Origin: Octopus bimaculoides
Lineage: Eukaryota
Length of the DNA: 58,013 nt
Reading direction: 5' to 3'
NCBI RefSeq assembly: GCF_001194135.2
Contig: NC_068981.1
Coordinates: forward strand, 140,464,977-140,522,989
The notes under the pieces were generated by a model. It saw only the letters and a program-made list of their open reading frames with translations, was not told where the DNA came from and did not search any database. The position numbers and the translations under genes were made by a program. Of this stretch, positions 25,194 through 37,532 are shown one piece after another (position 1 is the stretch's first letter; the number at the start of each line of letters is the position of its first letter).

Positions 25194-27744
25194 AACTACA
25201 GCTCACTACATTAAGAAATTGTTTACTATATGTATGCATATATGTGTACAGAACTCCACCGACTGTGTAAACAACATGAAGTACGAAAACAAACGAGTTA
25301 AATACGCATAAAACGAGAGAAAAAGATGGAACAGCACAAGATACACGGAGAACAACACTTCACCATTTGTCGGCTATCTATCTACCTCCTCATTTCGTGC
25401 ATTCAACGACAATATATATATATACACTATTCAATTTTTTTTCTCCGTGTTTTTCTCCTTGTCTCCGTATTCTTTCTGTTGAAGAGCATAGCTCGAAACG
25501 TCAAAGACTTTCCGTATTCCCGAGCGTCATACTAATATATACTTTTGTTATTTACACCACCTGTCCTCGTCTGTTGTTATTATTTGTATATTCTCCCATA
25601 TATATATATATATTATATATATGACGTTTGGCTGTGAAATGTATGTCGGATATACAAATATTATTAATCAAAACTCATCTATAAGCTTAGCGAAACGACT
25701 TGGAATATACATTAGATATATGTATTCAACGAAAGCTTGCTATGCACCAAGAGGAAGACGTCGTTTTCCGTCATATTTTTCTTTGTATACAACTGGCCAA
25801 TGTATAATGTGTTAAATATCATGTTGTTTCCAAGAAGCCCTTCGGAGCATCTCTCTTTCTTACATGAAAGCCCTGTTTAATTTTCGATTTCAATAATTAT
25901 AGTAATAATATTCTCTCTAATGTCTTCATTAGAATGTTACTATTATTAGCATTATCCATATCCTATTCCTATAAATACACACGTAAATACAAAACAGTTT
26001 ATTTGAGATATTGATATGATATCTTTAATGTACAAATAATGAAAAGTGCAGTAGAATGCTAATTTGTAACATACATGTGTTGAAGTGAAAAGAGTATTGT
26101 CTATAATTAATAGGATATTCATTTGGATTTTGTAAGTACAATAGAAATATTTCACTGCTATTACTGAAGCAATAACAACATTACTTCGGTTTTCGTCAGC
26201 TGAAATAAATTGGAGTGGTTGGATTTCCGAAACATTTATTCTCTAGTCAATCTTAATCAGAAACGCTGAAAAGCGTATAGGAATCTATATGTTTAATATA
26301 ATTGGGTAGTCATTGATTCGACATTTACAAAGAAGTGTATGTTCTGGTTATGAGGTCAGTATAAACTGTAAGCCGTGCATAAGAATATAAAATGCATATA
26401 TATAGTTTTCTTTTGGTCTTACGACTTACCGGTTATTTATAGATACATTTGAAGTGGACGCTGCATTAAAAATGTTAACAGTAGATTTACGTCTCTGAAA
26501 TATATTTTCGCAGAAAAGTACTATGTTAAATATAGTAGTACATAAAAAACCTATTTATTACAGAATGCTCAACTCGTAAAGTGTCTTTGTTTTAGAATAT
26601 ACTTTGCATTATCGTGTATAATTTACTTGATACCCCTTCAAGGAAATATATCTAAAATAATACGCTTCGTAGGTGGAAGTATTTTATTTCTCACAATTAG
26701 AGTAGATTTATAACATGTTATTTGTCGCACCTTCAACCCGAAAGAAGAGCAGGCCAACAGCCAGCATTAGAAAATGAAATGTTGCATAATAGATTCAAAT
26801 TATAGAGCCTGTAGTCCGATATATACGGTCTAAATGAAGTAATGGAATCACTAATGGTAATCGTGTGAGTGATGAGAACGCAGTCTCGTTGTGCTGAAAG
26901 CATATACAGTAAGCTAGCATACGTCATATATCGCAAGATAAATACAATAAAATCTCTAGCCAACTACAATTACTCATATGCACACACACGAACACACGCA
27001 ATACATGGATACATACATGCATGCATGCATACATACATGCCTACATATATGAATATATATATATAATACACATACGTACCTACACATGCATACATATATG
27101 TATATGTATATATGCATATATGCTTGTATGTATACGTAAGCATTTTACAGTAATAGCACAATTTTGTATTAATATGGAAGATAGAATTTTGGATATTCTA
27201 TGGACATTTACAGATTTGTCCGATGAGAGACAGATCTCAGAGATGACATATTCCCTAGAGGCTTCTCTCTATAATTGAGGTCTCAAAATTCGTGAAGGAT
27301 GGAGTTCATATGTTAATGGAAATATACTTTGAAACCGGCTGACAAATTTTAATAGAATAAAAGGCATCCGAATTAATAATATTTTTGATAGGTACAGTGG
27401 TAGATAATTAGCTGTATATATATATGTGTATGCGTGTAGGTACGTATGTATGTGTACGAAATGATCACTATATGCACGCACACACACATACAAACACATA
27501 CATACACATACACATACACACACACACATACACACACTCACATATAGAATAAGATAGGTTGCAAACGAATGAAGGGAAATTTGACAGATATATTTATATA
27601 CATAAATAGCTTCGATGACATTTTGATTAATAGCATAGGAAATATTTATATATGCGAGAAGAAAACTATTATTTCATACTGCAAGTACATGTGTGTGTGT
27701 GTGCATGCGCACGCGCGTGTTTGAGTGTGTTTGTAAAACACGCT

Positions 27745-27870
27745 TCGAAATCACTTGTTCTCAGGTTCGATCCCCTCCACGCAACAAATTGAGCAAATGT
27801 CGTTTATGCTACTACTGGACTTACCCACGTCATGTAATTGAATTTTGCAGTCTGTAGAAGCTCGTTGTAT
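27745..27870 (+). mobile_element. Highly degenerate SINE family A-like head
   Basis: tcaggttcgatccc (B-box-like) followed by ttgagcaaatgtc and ...gtagaagctcg before (TA)/(TG) tracts. Confidence 0.45.
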
Positions 27871-27963
27871 ATCTATTGATCACTTTATCCATTTTACTAT
27901 CACTGCATGTAATGGGTGTTCATGTGTGTGTGTGTGTACACACACACACAAATAAACACACAA

Positions 27964-28041
<78 letters not shown>

Positions 28042-28073
28042 TATATACGTATATATGTATATATACGTATATA

Positions 28074-28134
<61 letters not shown>

Positions 28135-28145
28135 GTACATATATA

Positions 28146-29118
28146 CTAGCTGATGTACCCGGTGATACCCGGGAGCGACGAGGATATTCCCAGTACCCAT
28201 TGCAATGCCTAATTTCTCTCACGAAAAATGAAATCAACACGTAAACACGTAGGACAGATAGTAGAAGGCATAAGCAAATTCTTTCACTAAAACAATGATA
28301 CAAATAAATACGTGTAAAATTAAAAAATGACAATCGTTTGGTCAGATGAGTGGAAAGCTGCAAATATATAATCAATGGAAACATCATAAAGGGAATTGAA
28401 AAGGAGTGCTATGAAAATAAAAAAAGAAAAAGAGTTTGAAAAGGAAACAAAATATTATTTAGAGAAAAGGCACTTAATTTGACGACTGCATTTCATGAGT
28501 ATAGTTCCACTGATCGTGAGAGTCAAATATTGATTGAAACGGTTAGAGCCAACAACTTCAAGTGCTGGTGTTAAGAAATACATATTACGTGTTTTAGTTT
28601 TAGCACACAACGTTGCAACGTTTAGAATCGAGAATTTGAAGTGCAGGTGTTAAGAAAATATATGTTACAGCAACCTGAGAATGCTGAAATAATTGATGAA
28701 CATTTGAACACCACAACAATTTAGGCAAACATTCCTTAATCATTTGAACAAAAAACCTCTCACACATTGCTTCAATGGGGTATAAGTAAAACTTTTCGTC
28801 TCAACCTATCCTTAGCACATATTCCATCTGTGTATAAAATTTCAAGACAATCGGTTGAAAAGTTTAAAGCTTATGGCAGAATTTGCATATGAGATTTTGC
28901 ATTGAAATGTCCTATTGATCTTTGAAAAATCGATGCTGATTAAAATTTATTGACTTGATTTGAAATTCTAAGTCCGTAAGTGACCGCATACGTATAAGAC
29001 CCCACACGTTTCAGGTTTCATCAAGATCGGCTGGATTGTCTCGGAGGATTTAAAGTAAAAATTTCACACACACACACACAGCCACAAACAGACAGAAATT
29101 GCCATTTATGTATATAGA
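28146..29118 (-). mobile_element. Non-autonomous Helitron (973 bp)
   Basis: On the minus strand the element starts 5'-TCTATATACATAAA and ends ...CTAG-3'. It has a GC hairpin CCCGG-tgatac-CCGGG (28158-28173) 8 nt from the 3' end, sits between A and T, and has no TSD. Confidence 0.85.
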
Positions 29119-29121
29119 TGG

Positions 29122-29530
29122 GTATGCAGTGATACATGTGTGGAAGATACTGGAGGGACTGGCACCAAACTTTGGAATTGAAAGTTATGCTAGACCTGGA
29201 AATGGACGTTACAAAATTTTCAGCTGTGGGAGCTAAGGTGAGGACCATGTACTGCAATAGCTTGGGATTCAAGGCCAACAGCTATTTAACTACTTGCTAA
29301 AACATCTGAGGGATCTCCATGGAGTGGAAGTAGATCTTTTCAAGAAACAACTTGACCTCTTACTATCCAAGATCCCAGATGAACCAATATCAAGGCAGGA
29401 AGATTAAAATAGGGCAGCGGTATCATTCACCAAATACTAAAGCCATACAATTGGCCAATTAAAAGGTGATTACACTGGCGGTGCGATAGCATGGCCACAG
29501 CCTCAACGCTGAAACATATAAAAGATTAAA
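29122..29530 (+). mobile_element. 3' end of a CR1/L2-type LINE
   Basis: Remnants WKILEGLAPNFGIESY and QLFNYLLKHLRDLHGVEVDLFKKQLDLLLSKIPDEP, followed by the 3' UTR ggcggtgcgatagcatggccacagc...ctgaaac. Confidence 0.8.
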
Positions 29531-29920
29531 ACAATATATATANNNNNNNNNNNNNNNNNNNNNNNNNNNNNNNNNNNNNNNNNNNNNNNNNNNNNNNNNN
29601 NNNNNNNNNNNNNNNNNNNNNNNNNNNNNNNNNNNNNNNNNNNNNNNNNNNNNNNNNNNNNNNNNNNNNNNNNNNNNNNNNNNNNNNNNNNNNNNNNNNN
29701 NNNNNNNNNNNNNNNNNNNNNNNNNNNNNNNNNNNNNNNNNNNNNNNNNNNNNNNNNNNNNNNNNNNNNNNNNNNNNNNNNNNNNNNNNNNNNNNNNNNN
29801 NNNNNNNNNNNNNNNNNNNNNNNNNNNNNNNNNNNNNNNNNNNNNNNNNNTATATATATATATATATATGTGTGTGTTTGTGTGTGTATGTATATATATA
29901 TATGAATAGATATGTTTGTA

Positions 29921-29986
<66 letters not shown>
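29921..29986. repeat. (TCTA)n tetranucleotide microsatellite
   Basis: Direct inspection. Confidence 0.95.
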
Positions 29987-29987
<1 letters not shown>

Positions 29988-30079
29988 ATATATATATATA
30001 TATAAAGTAACAAACTTAGGAAAAATTCCTTCAAAGGGTTGTGTAAAACATCTAATTCACTGGTACGTCAGTTGAATAC

Positions 30080-30380
30080 CATATAAATATCGGTATAAGG
30101 CAAATTACAAACAATAAATTACATAGAGAGATACAATAATTTATTTATATTATAATATAACATGATATACTATGAATATAATAAAACATAACCAATTATC
30201 AAAAAACCAAAAAGCCAAGAATTTGTTTCGACTTATACATATTTTTTGATATATAAACAATTCAATTCCCTTATATAAGTCTCATCAGTGCCAGTGATTT
30301 GAAGATAGACGAGATTCCGTGTGAAAGGACAGCTGGATTGTAAAAATATTAATTCAAATGCCTATATGTTATAATCGTGC
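30080..30380 (-). mobile_element. PLE-type terminal repeat (pLTR-like), left arm of an inverted pair
   Basis: Reverse complement aligns with 32110-32420 (cagc.gtc.tttcacac.gaat...gtctatcttcaaa.ca.tggc.ctgat.ag..ttatata...). Confidence 0.75.
30225..30288 (-). ncRNA. Hammerhead ribozyme motif with intact core and 8-bp stem II; stems I and III unresolved
   Basis: CUGAUGA-gacuuaua...uauaaguc-GAAA. Confidence 0.65.
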
Positions 30381-30875
30381 GCGGTAGTCATTCAACTACG
30401 TATCAATTACAATTAACAAACAGCAAATTATAACAGACAATATAATTCAGTAGAATATACAACCATCGAAATATATTTCTATATATCTCAAATAAAACTA
30501 ATCCAAACTCATTTATGTAGAAGATAATCTTTCGCTATTATAATAAGATATAACAATAATATATAGGTATCTAATTAAGTATCACAATTTTATGTAATCT
30601 AGAAACTGTAAAAAAAACATGTAAAAATATAAATGATAATTATATTTTAAATATATAATAATTTTTCTATTTATCGAAAGTGATTGATAGAAAAATATTG
30701 GTTAAAGTAACTAATAAAAAATGTTCTTTCTATTGTTTATTACAGGGAGAATTACATAATAAATATTAATAGAAACCTAACAAAAAATTTCTGTTTGCTT
30801 ATTTAATTTATCGAGAGGAGAATTCCGTAATAGATATGTTAGAGCTACAAACACTATAACCTAAAATACCCCATA

Positions 30876-32030
30876 TAGAGCTGTTTGACAAAATAATGGA
30901 AATACCTTAAAATTTCAAACAAATTTATTTTATTATGGGGTAGGAACGCCTTTGGCAGTAATCACTGCTTGATTTCTACGATCTATGGACTCATAGAAAG
31001 TTTGAATTGTTTCCAAAGGAATTTTTGCCAATTCTTCAGCTAAAACAGTCTCCAATTCTTCTAGTAGTGATGTTGTTGGATATAGACTCCTTACTCGTTT
31101 TTCTAAAATACACCATAAATGTTCAATAACATGGAGATCTGTGTACTGTGGTGGCCAGATAAGGTGTTCAACTCCACTAGAATGTTCCTTGTGCCAATCC
31201 GTAATAACTTTAGCTGTGTGAATTGGTGCATTATCATCCTGAAAGATTGCGTTCCTCTCCGGAAACAGTTCCGGAACCATACAATGAATTTGATTAGATA
31301 AAATGCTTATTAATTTTGCCATGAAGAGAAACCATTGATCCGGTGGATTTCCGAGATATAGCCCCACCAGATCATCACAGACCTTCCTCCCCGTTTAACT
31401 GTTGGAAGAAGGCAGTCTATGTGAAAAGTTTCTTTTGACTGTCTCCACACGTATACTCGGTTTGTACAGCTCTAGGGACCAATTATGTAGGTTTTTACTG
31501 CTTTCTAAACGCTTTGCAACGTTTATTTTTGAAAGTGGTGGTCTTCTGATTGCAGCTCTCCCGTGAAATCTGGCTTTGTGCAACTCCCGACGAACGGTTT
31601 TTGTGGAAACTAGATTCTCTAGGTGGTCATTAAGCTCTGCAGTAATTTTAGGAGCTGTACTTTTGTGATCCTTTCTAAAAATTCGCGTAATAGTCCTGAA
31701 AGTTTTGTATTTTCCTCCGGATTTTTGTTTCGACGAAGAGGCTTTCCCCTCTTTCTCAAAGGTTGTCATTACTTTCGAAGCAGCATTTCTTGATACATCA
31801 AACATTTCGGCTGTTTTCGTTAACCTAGCACCTGCCATAAAAGCACCAACAATTTGCTTTTCCTGATGATATCTGAAAAGAAACAGCAATTTTAGCAAAG
31901 CATATTAAGCAACCCTATTAATAAATAAAAATAAACATGAAAATAAACACGCTTTTGACGGTTTTATAGATATTTCAAAATTATAATGGTATGACGTTAG
32001 GTGTTTACATTAATTTGTTCAACCCCTCTA
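30876..32030 (-). mobile_element. Tc1-superfamily transposon with DD36E spacing (Incomer-like), defective
   Basis: Imperfect TIRs of about 32 bp flanked by TA on both sides (30874-75 and 32031-32); 1155 bp long. N-terminal HTH ORF at 31395-31898. C-terminal FQDD-NAPIHTAKVITDWHKEHSSGVEHLIWPPQYTDLHVI-E has 36 residues between D and E. The segment with the first catalytic Asp (usually FSDES) is absent. Confidence 0.9.
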
Positions 32031-32109
32031 TATAGAATTAGGCTATAATAATGGATATCAAAATATTACTAGTTTTTTAGAACTAACCAAATTTGAATTT
32101 ATTTAAATA

Positions 32110-32420
32110 CGTATATTATAATACATATGCTTTTCAATTAATGGGCAATGCAGCCGTCTTTTCACACAGAATTGAGTCTATCTTCAAACCATTGGCTCTG
32201 ATAAGAATTATATAAAGGAAATGAATTGTTTATATATATAAAAAAAAAAAAAAAAATTATATAAGTCGAAACAAGTTGTTGGATTAAAAAAAAAAATTAT
32301 AATTGTTTATGTTATATTATATTGATAGTATATTACATTATATTATAACATAAATAAATTATTGGATTGTCAGTTGTGTCTCTCTATTCAATTTATTGTT
32401 TATATGTATATACATGCAAA
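32110..32420 (+). mobile_element. PLE-type terminal repeat, right arm of the inverted pair
   Basis: Homologous to the reverse complement of 30080-30380. Confidence 0.75.
32198..32271 (+). ncRNA. Decayed hammerhead motif (G8A)
   Basis: CUGAUAA-gaauuaua...uauaaguc-GAAA; homologous to 30225-30288. Confidence 0.55.
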
Positions 32421-32489
32421 CTAACATATATATCGTAAGGTAAAATTGTATGCAATGTGACTTACTACTAACACCAAACGCTCAGACCA

Positions 32490-32878
32490 TTCGTGCAAGT
32501 GTGGCTGTGTGGTAAGAAACTGTGTGGAAGGCGATGAGCTGGCAGAAACGTTAGCACGTCGGGCGAAATGCTTAGCAGTATTTCGTCTGCCGCTACGTTC
32601 TGAGTTCAAATTCCGCCGAGGTCGACTTTGCCTTTCATCCTTTCGGGGTCGATAAATTAAGTACCAGTTGCGTACTGGGGTCGATGTAATCGACTTAATC
32701 CGTTTGTTTGTCCTGTTTGTCCCCTCTGTGTGTAGCCCCTTGTGGGCAGTAAAGAAATAAGAAACTTACTCTCCAAACACATGGCTCCGGATTCAGTGGC
32801 ACTGCATGGCACCTTGGGCAAGTGTAGTGTTTTCTATTATAGTGTTGGATGGATCGATCAAAGCCTTGTGAGCGGATT
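32490..32878 (+). mobile_element. SINE family A copy interrupted by a SINE B insertion
   Basis: Head gtgtggctgtgtggtaagaaact resumes at 32767 as ...acacatggctccggattcagt...ttgggcaagtg...aagccttgtgagcggatt. Confidence 0.8.
32522..32757 (+). mobile_element. Full-length, well-preserved tRNA-derived SINE family B
   Basis: ggaaggcgatgagctggcagaaacgttagc...ttctgagttcaaattccgccgaggtcgac...aaagaaa, flanked by the 9-bp TSD TAAGAAACT (32513-32521 and 32758-32766). Confidence 0.9.
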
Positions 32879-33356
32879 NNNNNNNNNNNNNNNNNNNNNN
32901 NNNNNNNNNNNNNNNNNNNNNNNNNNNNNNNNNNNNNNNNNNNNNNNNNNNNNNNNNNNNNNNNNNNNNNNNNNNNNNNNNNNNNNNNNNNNNNNNNNNN
33001 NNNNNNNNNNNNNNNNNNNNNNNNNNNNNNNNNNNNNNNNNNNNNNNNNNNNNNNNNNNNNNNNNNNNNNNNNNNNNNNNNNNNNNNNNNNNNNNNNNNN
33101 NNNNNNNNNNNNNNNNNNNNNNNNNNNNNNNNNNNNNNNNNNNNNNNNNNNNNNNNNNNNNNNNNNNNNNNNNNNNNNNNNNNNNNNNNNNNNNNNNNNN
33201 NNNNNNNNNNNNNNNNNNNNNNNNNNNNNNNNNNNNNNNNNNNNNNNNNNNNNNNNNNNNNNNNNNNNNNNNNNNNNNNNNNNNNNNNNNNNNNNNNNNN
33301 NNNNNNNNNNNNNNNNNNNNNATATATATATATATATATATACATACATATATATA

Positions 33357-33415
33357 ATGGGCTTCTTTTTGTTTCTCTGAACCAAATCCACTAACGAAGT
33401 TTTTGTCGGACCGGC
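33357..33415 (-). mobile_element. SINE family A fragment
   Basis: gggcttctttttgtttctctgaaccaaatccactaac is the reverse complement of the SINE A centre. Confidence 0.6.
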
Positions 33416-33499
33416 TCATATATACATACACACGTACGTACATACGGAAATCTCCATAGAAATAGTGACATCGACAGGCCCTATCTAAGAGAAGATAAG

Positions 33500-34660
33500 G
33501 AACATAAATGTTTGACGTTAGTACAGACCGCCTTTGAATGTCGTATAATTTCTCTCAGACAGCAAAAGTAAACACATTGTCTTGGTGCTGAAAATTGAGG
33601 AGAACATTATCCTATGTGTAAGCAGCGAATGCTTCAAGAAGCACTCCCATCCGGATGACCTCCCGTACAACAGGAAATCGGCTGGACAAATCTGTATGTG
33701 AAACACTTAGCATACTTTAAAAAAACCATGCAATGTTATGTTACGTGGAGACTCGGAGAAGACAGTAATATTGACATGTATCTAATCCTCTATTACATTC
33801 GTGACCACTAAAACACATCACACGTAGAATGTTTTGTATTTCCAATTCAAGGACAGTAGATTACTACTAAATAACTAATAAACAAACGAGACACTGAAGC
33901 ACTTGGACCTGCAAGATACAACCAAACATATAGATTATGTTATATTTCTGCAGAAGATATCACACATGTGATTAGTAACTGCCCCAAAACGCCATGACAC
34001 TACCTGCATCAGCGACACGGTGTTGTGGGGAACAAAAGACATAAAATGCCATTCGTAAAAAAATCTATCTTGGGATGAATATAAGGAATCCTCTTGCTAT
34101 TCAATACAAAGGTAAACATCAACACAAAGAATACTGGTGGCACTTTCCTAACAGAATATCTGTGAATTGCAAACATATAAGGCCGGATATTGTTCTTTGA
34201 GACACCAAGAAAGAGTATGTACCGTCACAGATTTCAGCTGTCCTGCTGATGTGAATATCATTTTGAAAATCAATGAGGAAGAGAATAACTATAGACAACT
34301 GCTTAGAAACTTGCTGCTTCTATATCCAGATTAGAAATCTGCATTTATACCGTCAATAATTGGTGCAGTTGATTGTGTGATTAAATGCCCATATGATGAT
34401 CTGGATATAACAAATATCTCGATCATAACAAATACAATCTTCAAGTGGAGCAGTAAAACTATGCAAGATTGTTCTTAGTTTTAAAGTGTGACATTTTCGT
34501 TATCTACATTGCAAAGATAGAACTTTGTATCTTTGTTGTAAACCAGCTCCCTCCACAGAGGAATAGTTTAAGTAATGAAATAAAAGAGGACAACATGCAT
34601 GTATATATGCCCGATGACAAATTCCCAGAATATATAGCGTACTTTGCTTTTAATGCCACT
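33500..34660 (+). mobile_element. 3' part of an RLE-type (R4/Dong/NeSL-like) non-LTR retrotransposon, degenerate
   Basis: LVQTAFECRIISLRQ, a CCHC knuckle remnant YRLCYISAEDITHVISNC (33929-33982), RPDIV (34180-34194), TDFSCPADVNI, NYRQLLRNL and FIPSIIGA. Confidence 0.82.
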
Positions 34661-36186
34661 CTTTAAATACTTGAAAGGGATATGGTTTTCGACCATAGCA
34701 TTCTGTTGCCCCACCTGATTTATTTACTACTCTAATAGATCAAAGTGGTGCATTACTTACTTTCTACTCTTATAGATCAACGTGGTGCATGTAATGTGGT
34801 GAACACTTTTAAATATAACCTTTCTATTATTTTGAGATTATGCTGTCATTAGTTTGCTTTTATAGTTGTTCTATTATTCTAAACTTATATTTGAGCCAAT
34901 AGAGAGCACATTTACATCGTTGCAACAGAAGTGTCTCCTCTGAAGCATCAAGCCTTTTTACAGAATATTGACCGTGATAGACTGGAAGGTTACTTACGCT
35001 TGGAGTGCACTTAGTTTGGTGCATCAAGAACTGACCAAGGGTTATACAATAACATTAAGCTCATGTTTATATTACCTGAATACACTGCAACGTTTGAATG
35101 TACACATCAATCGCCAAGAAAGGCAATCAATTTTACTGTCAAATACTGGCTTATTCTCAATTCTAACATCTCGACGTTGATAGAAACAGTGTAAAGATTT
35201 AATTTACATATATTTGCATTTGCCCATCCTACTGCTAAGAGACAAAACCTATGTTTACGTATGATTAAATAGCAATTAAAACTCGGTTTGTCAACGCTTT
35301 AGTTTTGAGGAATCTATTCACGAAAACTACGCATTTAGTAAAAGTCTGCTTCCTTAAATATATAGACGAGTTAATTTCAATCTGATTATTAAATACTTCA
35401 CTACGCTTCTAATTAATTATTTGTCCGAAATTTCATTCGCTTCCCATCCTATTGATTTTATTTGGTTTAATATTGGATTGATTTTTTCCTATGACCAGTA
35501 CTTTATCTAAATATTCTAGATACATGAAAAGCAATGTTGTTCATATTGGATTTATTCTCCTTTGAAAAGAACTTAGCAGTTAATGTTACTGAATCGATTT
35601 CAGTATATTATTGACAATTAGTGGCTACTGCTGTTTACACACTGTTTAGCTTGTTCGAGAATTACGATCAAAGACGTTCAGAATATGACCTTTCCGTACC
35701 TTGACACATATGTACTGCATCTAGGATGTCCTTGTCCCACAAACCGTTGCTTTATTTAATCGGATTTTGTTTGACTTCCGAAAAATTTATCCCCTGTTTC
35801 TCGATATCGAGGTTAATGTGTCAGAATTCCGTTTGGCTTATGTTAACTCGTTTCTCAACGGCAAAAAGAAGAAAAAAATAGGGAGAGAGAGCTTGGTTTT
35901 AATTGAAAACGGTTCGTCATGTTTTAGAGAAACAAATATGGATGAAAGAATTTTTATTTGCTGAAGTTACTAAAAAACCTCCATATTACCATCTCTATTA
36001 GCAAATGCATTATTATTAAACTATATTAAATTACTACTCGGCAAAGAACAATATTTACATTTATGTTTAAATGACGTTGTTCAGCAAAGATTGACTTAAC
36101 TAGATGTACTCATCTAATTACTTGTTTTCACATGTGAAGGAATGTTTTATTAAATATCACTTCTTGACTTACAAGATCGGGCATAA

Positions 36187-36574
36187 TTGTTGTTGTTGGC
36201 ACTCCATCGCTTATGACGTTGAGGGTTCCAGTTGATCTGATCAACGGAACAGCCTACTCGTGAAATTAACGTGCAAGTGGCTGAGCACTCCACAGACACG
36301 TGTACTCTTAACATAGTTCTCGGGGATATTCAGCGTGACACAGTGTGACAAGGCTGATCCTTTGAATTACAGACACAACAGAAACAGGAAGTAAGAGTGA
36401 GAGAAAGTTATGGCGAAAGTGTTCAGCAGGATTCGCCACCATCCCCTGCCGGAGCCTCGTGGAACTTTTAGGTGTTTTCGCTCAATAAACACTCACAACG
36501 CCCGGTCTGGGAATCGAAACCGTGATCCTATGACCGCGAGTCCGCTGCCCTAACCACTGGGTCATTGCGCCTCC
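36187..36574 (-). mobile_element. Full-length tRNA-derived SINE family D
   Basis: Minus strand reads ggaggcgcaatgacccagtggttagggcagcggactc...ggtttcgattccc, then the central domain and a (CAA)n tail. Its 3' domain is shared with 48706-48985. Confidence 0.9.
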
Positions 36575-36750
36575 CAGGCATAATAGTGCTCGCTTTAATA
36601 TCAATACATCTGCACAGCACGCAACATCCAACATCAAGCTTTTCCTATTTTGTTTAAATCGCCGTATTTCTCAGTGTTTATAATTAGTATAAAAATGTTA
36701 TATTGGTTCATATCATTCTTAGTGATTTCATTTGGGTTTAGTCTATACTT

Positions 36751-36782
36751 CTGCGATGAGGTCATGTAGACTGAAACATGTC
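36751..36782 (+). ncRNA. Decayed hammerhead motif (2-nt insertion in the core)
   Basis: CUG(cg)AUGA-gguc/gacu-GAAA with palindrome ACAUGU and a GUC triplet. Stem I is weak. Confidence 0.45.
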
Positions 36783-37010
36783 AAAACTGTCACCTTGCAG
36801 ATCACACTTATTTTTCACTGCATTCCATATTTACTTCTCTTAATTATAATTTCTGAACGTCCTTTCGTGTCTTCGTCTGACCAAAATAGGTCATTTTCAT
36901 CATTCGTTCTCACTGCTACAGGAATAATCTTAATTCATTTACTTATTTGACTTACGACTTCAATTTTGTTAGCGCCCACACCAAATTGACTGTGAAATAT
37001 ATACACTTAA

Positions 37011-37532
37011 TAATATCAGGGTAATAAGAAATATTAGACATTGCTACTACCAGTGGCCTAGCGTGTAAAAAAATTTAGTCAATAGACTATATATTATTCA
37101 TATAAATACAGTGTACATTTAAACACATAGGAGATATCCATCATAGAATTCTTTGCACGCTAGAAGGAACAGTTAAAATCCAAACCACTATTAGGGATGA
37201 ATTTCGAAGGGAATGAAAAATAAAAACATTTACCATCTATTTTTTGGGCCATGGTTTCAGACTTGTTTTTGCAAATAAAATAATTTGCTAGGCGAAGTCT
37301 TCATCAGCAGGTATACCTAGATTAAACATATAAGCACGAGGAAATCCAGCATATGCCCCGTGCTTATACATTCTAATTTTTCAAAACTACCGCGCAAGCG
37401 CAGCTCTTTGTCGGCAGTAAATAAAAATAATACCGCCGTTTCATTGGAAAATTTTCCCAAAAAGAATTATCAATAATTAATATCAGGGTAATAATAAATA
37501 TTAGAAAATTCTACTACCAGTGACCTAGCGTG
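37011..37532. repeat. 55-bp direct repeats (37011-37065 and 37478-37532; 50/55 identical) bracketing a hammerhead motif
   Basis: Direct alignment of taatatcagggtaata...cctagcgtg. Confidence 0.85.
37246..37312 (-). ncRNA. Hammerhead motif with intact core and a U16.1-to-C change
   Basis: CUGAUGA-agacuu...(inner gcaaau/auuugc hairpin)...aagucu-GAAA-ccaugg-c. Confidence 0.6.

Noticed and set aside
36500-36574. Functional tRNA gene (also considered for 24913-24985 and other SINE heads)
   Set aside because: It has A/B boxes but no complete acceptor stem, and it continues into SINE body sequence.
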